64,000 nucleotides of DNA from Podarcis pityusensis (Eukaryota), in NCBI GenBank assembly GCA_964106645.2, contig OZ067040.1; one strand, 5' to 3'. Positions within the stretch are counted from its first letter, which is position 1. Every line of letters begins with the position of its first letter. The translations under genes and the position numbers were made by a program. The notes beneath the pieces are model-generated. The model saw nothing but the letters and a program-made list of their open reading frames with translations, was not told where the DNA came from and made no database searches. This document shows positions 47,965-58,599 of this stretch, one piece after another.

Positions 47965-49389
47965 TACATTGCCGAGACTGAAATAGGCAGGAGGATTGTG
48001 CTTTGGAAAGACTAATGAACTGCAGCGAAAAGAAAACAGTGTTGCATGCAATAAATCTAGTACACAATGGAAAATTATGCCTTTTGTTTCATTCTGGACG
48101 GCATTCTGGAATTACCAAATTATGGCTAGATGGGAAAACAAGAATATGTGACACTATTTCATCACTTTGGCAAAGGGTCATAGGTCAGTGGTAGGGAGTG
48201 AATTTTTCATGTAAAGGTTTCCCAGTTCAATCCCTGGCGTCCCCAAGCTGGGTAAGACCAGCCAGTGTACACAATACTTAGCTATATGGACAAATGCACT
48301 ATCGTGGTATAAGATGGGTTCCTGTGTTGCATCTTTGCATCAGCTGTAGAGTTGGAGGCGACCTTGAGGGTCATCTAGATCTGTCTCTGCTGTAAGGCAA
48401 CCTGTGATCTTTGGATGAAGGGAGGCATATAAACTGAACAAACAAACAATGGGAAGGGGGGTGTTAACCATTCAGTGGTCTGCCAAGACCCTTGGCAATT
48501 TTCCTTTTTTAATATTTATGTTTTATTGAAAATTTTCCTTTTTTTGGAAAGTTTTATGGACACTTTTCAGAATACATTGTAATAAAAAACCAACTAATCT
48601 AAACAAATAGAAAAAAAGGAAAATGCAAAGTCCTCTCTGATAGGGCTCTTACCCACACACAGAGAGGTGGACTCTCCTGGCTCTCATCTGTGAGCTTCCC
48701 TTTCTTATCCCAGCCTCTCACCCTGGGAAATCTTACTTTCGCTGCCTCTCACACAGGGTCCTTCACCAACCATTCATCCCCTTCATCTACGCGTCATTTC
48801 CTCGTTAACCCAGAGTAGAGGATAAAAGCAAAAGCAAAGCAGGGGGGGAAATATATTAGAGGGATGAAAAAGAAGAGGGGAGGAATAAAAAAGATAAATG
48901 GATGGATGCCTTTTCTGACTATTTAAAGAAATAGTATGATGAACTCGCTAGCAGGATTTGAGCTATGAGCAACAAAAGTAATTAGATGGTAATATTGTGG
49001 TTATGATTTGATAGATAAAAGATAGGGTGCAGCAGAAGTGAAGAAGCAACAACTCCATGGGGAAAGGGGTGGGAAGTCGACGAAAATAAGAATTTTTTTT
49101 GTTTTGTTTTAACTGCATATGTTTAAAAAGTTGAAACTTAATAAGATATAATTAAATATATAAAAGGAAGACATTAGCAGAAAATACAGAAGAGGAACTT
49201 CCAATTTTCCATCTGCTGTTTGCATAAACTATGATTCTTGGTTGAAAGTTTTCGGTGCGAATACAAAGTGAAAGGAAAAAATATAATCACAAAAAGATTT
49301 TTTTAAAAAAATACTTGAATTTGTGATGCAATACGAAATATAAGTCTGTAAGTACTGGAAGCGTGAAATTAATAACAAGGCGATTCTTT

Positions 49390-50250
49390 TTTCAAGCGGC
49401 GCGTGGGCGGCGTTTGGTGGCGAGGTGAGGAACTTCTGGTTTCACACGACCCCTCCGCGCTGATCCGGCCCGGGATGGCAGGCAGGCAGGCGGGGAGCGG
49501 TTCTGGTTGGGGCCGCTGCTCTGGCCGAGACGCGGCGGTGGGGAAAGGGCGAGGGAAAAGCCCCCGTAGCCTCGCTTCCCCCTCGGGCGGCTCCCTCGCC
49601 GCCCCCCGGCCTGTGGTCGCGCAGCCAGTTCCCTCCGAAGTTTCATCCGGGGCGCCACGTGATTTCCACGAAGCCCGCCTCGAGCCCGCCTCGGAAGGCG
49701 CCGCCGCCGCCGCCGCCCGGGCGCCCCAGTCAGGCGAGCGCGGGAGCGGGAGCGGGCGCCTGCCTGCCTGCCTCTGCTCTCTTCCCGGCCGGGTTCTGCC
49801 CCAGCAAGGCGGCGAGCGGCCGGGGAACCACGCGCGCCTCGCGGTTGCCGGCAGCTGCCGGGATGTCCCTGGCTGGGCTTTCCGCCTAGGCTGAGAGGCA
49901 AAGCAAGCCAAGCAGGCAGGCATTCGTCCGGCGCAGCGCGGCGACGACGACGCTCCACCTCTCCGGGGCTCCCCCGATGCGCTTTGGCCGCCAACTCCTG
50001 CCGGCTGCGCGCACAAGGAGGAGCGCCGGCGCCGCCTCGGCGGGATGTCTCAGGGCGCGCCGGCGGCGAGCACTTTGCGAAGGAGCTCCTCTTCGGAGGG
50101 GACGCAGCAGGTAAGGCAGGGAGAGGGACCGAGGCCAGGAAAGGGGACCCGGGGGGAGGAAAAGGGTTGCGCCGAGTCGCCCTTGCGCGCTCCTTCCCAG
50201 CAGTGGCGGACCTACATTGGGGGGGGGGGGGGCTTGAAGCTTGAGCTGCT
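49390..50250. promoter_or_regulatory. BATF3 CpG-island promoter
   Basis: Very GC/CpG-rich; E-box CACGTG at 49656-49661; kB-like sites GGGATGTCCC at 49860-49869 and TGGGCTTTCC at 49874-49883. Confidence 0.8.
50045..50110 (+). CDS. BATF3: Basic leucine zipper ATF-like transcription factor 3, exon 1 (MSQGAPAASTLRRSSSSEGTQQ)
   Basis: Resembles human MSQGLPAAGSVLQRS; donor CAG|GTAAGG. Confidence 0.88.
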
Positions 50251-50484
50251 ATGGGGGCCCCTTCACAACCAGCAACGGGGTCTAACCACGGTTCTCTTCA
50301 ACCATGGGGTTGCTCCATGGCAGATCACCACAATTTGCGTTTTGGGTATCCACTTTCGTGAATTCATAGAATCATTAGAATCTTAAGAGTTGGGAAAGAC
50401 CTCGAGGGTCATCTAGTGCAGGAATCTCAGCTGAAAGCACCCATGACAGGATGGTCATCTAACCTCTGCTTCAAAACCTCCAAG

Positions 50485-50915
50485 CAGCGGCGTAGCGTGA
50501 GTTGTCAGCACCCGGGGCAAGGCAAGTAATTTGCGCCCCCTAACCCGGGGCAAGGCAAGTAATTTGCGCCCCCTAACCCCTAACCTGCCGCCGCTGCCAG
50601 CTTCTTCTTGCTGCTGCCTGGTCTGGTCTGGTCTGGTGTGGTTCTCTCCCACGCTCAGCGCTGCGCTGGGCGGCCGCTGCACTGTCCCTCCCCCAGATAG
50701 TCCCTCGCTCTCTCTCCGCACCACACGCCTGGCACCCACCCCCTCCACAGTGGGCGGCGACCCAGCGGCTCGGATCAGATTCACACAGCCAGCACTGCAG
50801 TGAGAGAGAGTGAGTGAGCCAGGTAGGGGCAGAGAGCTGCGAGTGCGAGCGCGCCCCCCCAGATGTTGCGCCCGGTGCGGCCGACCCCCCCTGCACCCCC
50901 CACGCTACGCCACTG
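50485..50915. mobile_element. GC-rich hAT MITE inserted in a CR1 fragment (~50365-51175, - strand)
   Basis: TIR CAG(C/T)GGCGTAGCGTG; perfect 8-bp TSD CCTCCAAG. Confidence 0.88.
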
Positions 50916-52601
50916 CCTCCAAGGAAAGAGAGTCCATCACCTCTGTGGGAGTCTCTTCCACTGCCAAACAGCAATGACTGTCAGAAAGTTTTTTCAAATG
51001 TTTAGTCGGAATGGCCTTTCTGGTAACTTTAAGCCATTGCCTCGAGTCCCACCCTCCAGAGAAAGCGAGCATGTTCCCTCTTCCATGTGACAACCATTAA
51101 GATATTTGGAGGTGGCTATCGTATCTCCTCTCAGTCTCCTCTTTTCCAGGCTAAACATACCCAGCTCCTCATAAGACTTAGTTTCCAGACCCTTAGCTTA
51201 GTTTCCTCTCTAGGGTCTGTTTTTTCAAAAAAGGGAAGGGGTTATATTAGCCACAGCAGAACAGCCAGCTTACTGTGCTACTTACTCTCAAACTTCGTTG
51301 AAATGTATGCAGCAAAAAAAATTGATTTGTGCTACTTGGGGCTCCTCTGGAATTCAAGACCCTGAAGCTTGAGCTTCATTTAGTTTCATAGTAAATCTGC
51401 CCCATGCTTCTGAGGGATCAGAAATAAAACCACCGAGCAGGGCTGCAGAGGTTTGGTGCTGCTGTGCAGTCTCAAAAACCAAAATCAGATCAAATAAAAA
51501 ATATATGGGGGTGGAGGAGCAGGGCAGCCAAAATGACAGAGGTGTGTGTGGAACGGTTTACTTACCAGGAAAGGCTATGGGGTTTTGTCTTTTCCTTGTT
51601 TTTATTACATATTTTGTGTTTTTAATCTTGTATTTTTGGGCTGTGAACTGCCCTGAGATCTTCAGGCAAAGGGCAGTTTACGAATTTAATAAATAAACGA
51701 AATCTCATGGGGTATGTTTTAGAAGAAATCTGTGAAGCAGGTAAGGTTTGAGGAACAGGTGTGCACAGAAATAATTCCGGGTGAAAGTTTGCTGCATGGC
51801 AGATGACGCTCACGGCCATTCCAACTCTGCAATTCTATGATTCTAAGGTCTATGACTTATAAGTTACAGGTTGCCAACTTGGATATTCTCAATCTTTATG
51901 CGACTGGGACCCCCCCACCCCACCCCACTTGGCACCACTGAAAGGAACCCTGGTGGACTGTGCCTGTCAGGGATCTCCTATGGGACTATACATTTCAGAA
52001 CAAACTTAGAACAAGCTGCTCTGTTTGTCCATTTGACACTAACAGAGCAAAGGCACGCAACTTGAATTTCCCCATTGAACAACAGTCCTATCTTTCTGTG
52101 GCTACAATCCATGATTGCCCTGCTCTGCCTCCACAGCTTGGAGGCAGCAGAGCTTCTCAGTGCCAGTTGATGGAAACCACCAGAGGGGAGAGAGAGGGCT
52201 CTTCGCGCAGGCATCTGGTTGGCCACTGTGAGAAGAGGATGCTAAGCTTAGATGGGCCTGAATTTAAATTGCGTAACAATAACTAACAGATCAGTGACTG
52301 AGAGAGTGAGAAGAAAGAAACTGACTGTTAGGTGGAAGGAGGGAATGAATCAGAGTGGATGGAAAGAGAAAGGAACAGGGAAAGGCAGAAAGGACAATCT
52401 CTTTATATAGATAGGCCACATCCTTGTTCACCCTGAAATGCTAATTTTTAAAAGTCTCCAGGGAAGGAGGCGAGAATTACCCATAGACATCAATGGGGAA
52501 ATTAAACAATCTGATATAACTAGGATCGGGCACAAGCTTGTCCATTTCGCCCTTCCCAAAGCGGGGAGTAGAAAACCACATTGGAGTGGAGCATCCTCAG
52601 T

Positions 52602-52822
52602 TAGGGTTGGCATACGGCCACAAGCAGTGTCTGTGCGGAAATCGTCAAAAATGTCCGGGAAAATCTGAACGTATGGCAGCCCATGTCAGGAGTGTCGTTT
52701 TTGCAGATTTCCCTCAGAAATACGGTAGCTCGAAAACATCCAATTTCCCTGCAATTTTGCAATTAGAAAACCAAAAGAACTTTTCTGTCTAGATTTTCGC
52801 TTTTTGAAATATGGCAACCCTA
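52602..52822. mobile_element. hAT MITE
   Basis: TIR TAGGGTTG(G/C)CATA; degenerate TSD TCCTCAGT/TTCTCGGT. Confidence 0.7.
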
Positions 52823-53315
52823 TTCTCGGTGGGCATGGATTTCTGTCTATTAGGAGTGGATCTTGGGGTAGGGGGATGGCATGGGGAGTGACTGGAACCC
52901 AGAACAAAATTGCACTTCATACTGCAAAATTTTGTTGCAGGACCCACTGTATAATTCTCTAAATCAAAACCCACCAGTGGTCATAAGCGACTCGTTGGTC
53001 ATGTCTTGCCGGAAGGCAGTAGGTACCGTCAGCTGCACTGTCTTGTGTGTTTTTTAAAAATTGCTTTTCAAAGAGAAGGAGAAGGAGTGGGGGTGAGGGG
53101 CAATGGGGGGAAAAGGAGTGAGTTAGATTGGAAATTTGATGCATTCTCAGTGGGGGAACTCCCGCACACATGCAAAGTGCTTACCATCACAGAAGACAGT
53201 GGGAAGCCTCAGCGAGCAGATCATACCCCTAAGGGAAAAGCAGAGAGAAGACCCAGGTCCGCTTCAGTGATTTTGCTGGGACCCAAGCACACCAAAGCCT
53301 TCAGGACCCATTAAG

Positions 53316-53642
53316 CTAGGGCTTGCCGATCAGAAGGTCGGCGGTTCGAATCCCCATGACGGGGTGAGCTCCCATTGCTCGGTCCCTGCTCCTGCCAACC
53401 TAGCAGTTCGAAAGCACGTCAAAGTGCAAGTAGTGCAAGTAGATAAATAGGTACCGCTCTGGCAGGAAGGTGAACAGCGTTACCGTGCGCTGCTCTGCTT
53501 CGCCAGAAGTGGCTTTGTCATGCTGGCCACATGACCCAGAAGCTGTGTGCCAGCTCCCTCGGCCAGTAAAGCGAGATGAGCACCACAACCCGAGAGTTGT
53601 CCGCAACTGGACCTAACAGTCAGGGATCCCTTTACCTTTTTT
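53316..53642 (+). mobile_element. 5'-truncated Sauria SINE
   Basis: Homologous to the 42280 copy; ~30-bp flanking duplication. Confidence 0.9.
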
Positions 53643-54545
53643 AAGCACACCAAAGCCTTCCAGGGCCCATTACGCAGAGCGAAGGGGCCATGCCATGCAT
53701 CTGAATACCAGCTGCTGGAAACCACCAGAGGGGAGAGTGCTGTTGTGCTCGGGTTGCACTTGTGGGTTTCCAACAGTTCTGTGGTTGGCCACTGTGAGAA
53801 CAGGATGCTGGACTCAATGGGCCACTGGCTCCTCTTATGTTAAGCTGCAGATGCTACAGCAGCAGCCAATCTACCCTCCATTCCCATTTTTGCAAACAGC
53901 AGGTGTTTCTTTACCAGTGCACCTTTTAAAAAAAATTAAAAAATAGCACACACACCAGGAAGTGTGCAAGAACAAAGTTTAGTGGTGTATTTCACCATGG
54001 TCAAAATGAGTAGTTGTGAATTGGGAAAGGGATTTGAATTAAGAAATAAACAAGGTTCTAGTCCATCTAGCCCCCAATGCTCCGGTGATTCTTCCTTCTT
54101 TTCGTGTTCTTAGGTTAGTCCTTCACCTTTTTGTGTCCACATTCCCATCTCCCTTCACTCCCAATTAATATTTACATGTTGTAGTTGTGTGTGTGTGTGT
54201 GTAGGTTTTGCACAAGACTCCTCTTACACAAGCCTCTGTATTAAAATTTAAGAAATATTAAGGTTTAGTTATGTTCGGCAAACATACCCCCAGCATGCAG
54301 TAGTTGGAAGTAGGCATGTTTGGAAATGTGTCAGCAACTGAAGCGCAGTTTTAATTTTATTCTTAATACTGCTGTTTTGCAGAAGAGCAGTTTAAAAATA
54401 ATAATAATATGATTTCTCTACCTTCAGTCACAGTTGGTGGAAATAGGCATGATACATCCTTTCCTTTTGACTGATGGAAACAGAATGGCTAGGCTGTGCT
54501 CAGGCAAGGAGCAAATGACAGTAGAGGGTGCAACAATAGATGGCA

Positions 54546-54898
54546 TGTTGTTGTCGTTTAGTCGTGTCCGACTCTTTGTGACCCCATGGACCAGAGCACG
54601 CCAGGCACTCCTGTCTTCCACTGCCTCCCGCAGTTTGGTCAAACTCATGCTGGTAGCTTCGAGAACACTGTCCAGCCATCTCGTCCTCTGTTGTCCCCTT
54701 CTCCTTGTACCCTCAATCTATCTCAACATCAGGGTCTTTTCCAGGGAGTCTTCTCTTCTCATGAGGTAGCCAAAGTATTGGAACCTCAGCTTCACGATCT
54801 GTCCTTCCAGGGAGCACTCAGGGCTGATTTCCCTAAGAATAGATAGGTTTGATCTTCTTGCAGTCCATGGGACTCTCAAGAGTCTCCTCCAGCACCAC
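54546..54898 (-). mobile_element. BovB (RTE) LINE 3' end
   Basis: WCWRRLLRVPWTARRSN...SLEKTLML and AWRALVHGVTKSRTRL; (CAA)n tail. Confidence 0.92.
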
Positions 54899-55189
54899 AC
54901 TGCAAAACTTCACTACACACAAACCCACACACCTACACAATGTGCTTCATTGCATCCACAGTCAGTGCATGTGATTTTATACTGGATACTTCTACAAACT
55001 GGATTAGCCATGGATTGGAAAAATCTTAATTAACTGGGGGGGGGGGGGCAAATTAACTGGCTGCCGGTTGGATGAATGATTTGGACGCTGCAGGGTGGGG
55101 GTGGGGAATGGAGGCACAAGGAGCTTCAAATCCACATTAAACTCCTTTGTAGGTGAACCCTAACTAAGTCATCTGATTTCGTTGGCCAG

Positions 55190-55294
55190 GGTCATGAAGA
55201 CGATGAAAGGAAAGTACGACGGAGAGAGAAGAACAGAGTTGCGGCCCAGAGAAGCAGAAAGAAACAAACACAGAAAGCAGATAAACTCCATGAG
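55190..55294 (+). CDS. BATF3: BATF3 exon 2, bZIP basic region
   Basis: GHEDDERKVRRREKNRVAAQRSRKKQTQKADKLHE; branch-point-like CCCTAAC at 55158. Confidence 0.97.
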
Positions 55295-55619
55295 GTGAAC
55301 ATTGCTGTGGATCCCTGAGGGAGGGAAGAGCAGTAATATCACTCCCGAGTGCAAATGAAGGCCCTCTTCATACTTGTTTAAGGGCTGAACAAAATGGCAG
55401 CATTTGTCAGGGCTGGGGAACCTGGCTTGTTGTTGAGCAGCTGTAAAGTAGCAAAGGGGAGTGTGTGTTTTGTAGCGGAAAAGCAGCTGGTGGGAGGGGG
55501 TACTTAACCCTTTCTCTGCCTACTAGTACTACTGTCCTCCCACCCCACGCTGCTGCTTTTTCCTTGGATGCAGCAAACATGAGTCTGGAAGAGAAGCAGC
55601 TGGGGGGAGGTGTTGTATG

Positions 55620-55982
55620 GAGAAGGAACAGGCAGGGGAATCACTTGCCTTGCAGTATCTGAAGGGCTGTCAAACTGAAGAGAGAGCCGATGTGTTCTCT
55701 GTTACTTGCAAGGGTGGCACTAGAACTGATGGGTGGAAATTGCAGGGAAGCAGATTTTGGCTTCAACATTTAGGTGAGACATCCAAATGGTTACGGGTTG
55801 TTTGACAGTGGAACAGCTGGCCTTGGGAGGGGTTGGGTTCTCCTTTGCTGGTGGTAGTGTAGCAGAGGTTGTAGACAACCATCTGTCAGGGAGGCAGCAA
55901 TTGCATCCTGCACTATAGACCCTGCTTTGAGCAACAGATTGGATGACCTACAAGGTTCCTTCCAGTTCTATGATTCTATGAT
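55620..55982 (+). mobile_element. Old CR1 3' fragment
   Basis: YLKGC...FS...TR..G.KL..RF-like sequence and (TTCTATGA)n tail. Confidence 0.7.
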
Positions 55983-57943
55983 GTTCACATGCAAACGCCT
56001 GTAGAATTAATGGTCTCCTTCTACCATTTTGCATCTGTTCATTCACTACCCTGTTAGCAGTTTGGTGATGTGGCAAACACTGCCTTGCGTGACTGGAGTG
56101 GATGACGTTTTTAAATTATTATAAATGATCATACATAAATACATCATTTTATTTGTATGCCATATTTCTAGTGTTCAAACCATTACATAATTGCAAATAT
56201 AATCAAAATGGTCATAAACAATACTGTAAATGAAACACATTAAAAAGTACAGAACTAAACTGAACAACTTCCACATTAAATCACAACAGGATTGAAGAGT
56301 AAAGATACAAAAATTAATATCAGTAGCAGCAACAACCTCTCACTCTTCTCCCCGCAACAAAACAATACCCTAGCCCGAGAGTCTGTTCAGCAGCCTCAGC
56401 TTTTGTAGCTGGAGTCAGTCAGGGCCCCAGCATCCCAGGCCAGGTGGGAAAAGGCCTGCAAGGCAGGGAGCAGGTCTTCCACGACTCACAGCCAAGATGG
56501 TCTCTGGTCTCTTCAGCAGCTTCAGCTTCTGCAGCTGGAGTCAGTCAGTCAATCCTGTGACCAGGCAGTCCATGATGTGATGTGCAATGTCTGTCATACG
56601 TTATCCCAGAGTGGCCAACCAGGTGCCTATGGGAAACCCAGATGCAGGGCATGAGTGTAGAAACCCTCTTCCGTTTTTGTTCCCCAGCAGCTGGCATTCA
56701 GAGGCAAACTGCTTCTCATCTTGGAGGTAGCATTTAGCCGTTGCCAGTTTTCCTGAAGGAGCTCAGTTTTGGTGTGTCAGAAAACCTCAGGCCCATCTAT
56801 TTCTGCATTCTGTTTCTGACAGGGAGGCTAGCAGGATGCTGAGAAGGCAAGGTGCAGTGGAGCTGAACACCCCCAGTTGTTTAAACAGGGCATTGGTGAT
56901 CAGGGGTAGACTGCCTCTGATCACAGCTGTTCCATGCTTCACCCTTGAGGCTCCTAGGTGGTTCTTTCCTCTGCAAACACATTTTCAAGGATGCTTAAAC
57001 TCGTGGTTCTCAATGCAGCCTGGGGCAGTGAATTCTGCATAATAATTACAAACCACATGAAGTACAGCTTTGACTGGCCTGCGTCTTACACACCCTGCCA
57101 GGTTCAGAAGATCCTGGAGCGTGTCATGTTTTGAGTCAGAATCGGTGGGTTTTTCACTATTCACTCTCCCTGCAATGTTCATGATATTAGAAGTCTGTGC
57201 CACAGCCCTTCTTGCTGTCACATGTCTTTCAGGGCTATAAAGCCCTGATTGCCAAAGGTTTTCCCTTTGCTCTTTTCTATGTGTCTTCTATGTAACAAGT
57301 AGAGCAGAAGAAGACAGGGCTCCTACACTTTAACTGGTGTACAGAAAAGGAGCTTTCAACAGGTGTAGCTTGTGCAGAAACTATTTTTTATCAGAGTCAT
57401 GGCAGTTCTCCAACATAAAATTTTTTTGCAGGCCACTTACTGGTGTGGGAGTGGCCCCTCAGGAGACCATTTAGTAAATCTTTTGCTATTCTACAAATCA
57501 AAACACAGATTTCAGATTTTAATAACATTTCCTCTTCAGTGTTGGCATTGTTGTCAAAATAATTGCTTTGGTATGAAAATGTCCTTTTATCTAGTAACAT
57601 ATAAAGGGGAATAATAATAATAATAATAATAATAACAACAACAACAACAACAACGATGATGATGCCACCCTTCATTGTAAGATCTCAGAGCAGTTCACAG
57701 AATAAAATACAGGAAAAAAACATGTAAATAATTAAACAAAGCAGCAAAACAATAACCAGCCCCCTTCTCACAGACAACATTTAAAAGGCTGTAGGATATA
57801 AATCAGCCAAGGGCCTGGTTGAAGAGGAATGTTTTTGCCTGGTGCCTAAAAATACATAATGAAGGTACCAGGCGAACCTCCCGGGGGAGAGCATTCCACA
57901 GATGGGGAGCCACTGCAGAAAAGGCCCCTTCTTGTGTTGCCAC

Positions 57944-58599
57944 TAGGCCTGGGTGATACATCAACATATCGCCCAGGACCAGTATGAGGAGCAGACTGCA
58001 GTGTCTGCTTCACTCAGTGATATATCGCTGGTGAAACCGCCACCGCTCCTGAGTCCCTCTGCTAACGACTTCCTCCAGTGAGCGTTACTAGCAGAGGGAC
58101 TCAGGAGCGGTGGCGGTTTCACCAGCGATACATCACTGAGTGAAACCGCCATCCCACGCTGCCCTCATACTGCGCAGAGGAAGATAACAGCTGCATTGGT
58201 GAGGCGCCGATACAGCTTGCGCCTCTCTCTGCATCTATAAACTGCTTGGCTGAAGAGTGTGTGGTTGCCGCTCCCCTCAGCTGAGCAGTTAAAGGATCCC
58301 CCAGCCCAGCGCTGGCTCCTCGGCAAGTGGGGGGGGGGGCCAGGGATGGCTCTTCTGGGATTGGGGAGCCCTCCCGCGCCCCAGCTGAGCCAGACAAACA
58401 AGCTGCGTTGTCCCAGCCTGCTAGGCACTGGGGTGAAACCGCCTCAGCTTCCGCAATGAGAGCTGCGACAAATTATCCCGGCGCCTCGCAGGCTGAGGCC
58501 AATGCAGCTTGTTTTTTCAACATCACAGTATATCGCCAGACCACGATGTTTGACTGGTGATATACCGCAATGTTGAAAAGATGATATTGCCCAACCCTA
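57944..58599. mobile_element. hAT-like non-autonomous element inside an L2 fragment (~57610-58730)
   Basis: TIR TAGG.CTGGG.GATA; degenerate TSD GTTGCCAC/GATGCTAC; internal 56-bp hairpin. Confidence 0.75.

Noticed and set aside
48870-49170. Possible L1/Tx1 3' remnant
   Set aside because: Only a faint W.PF..YL-like trace and an A-rich tail; too weak to call.
49369-50016. Long overlapping ORFs of 160-215 aa in the BATF3 CpG island
   Set aside because: Explained by stop-codon scarcity in GC-rich DNA; low-complexity Arg/Pro/Ala/Gly content and no recognisable domain.
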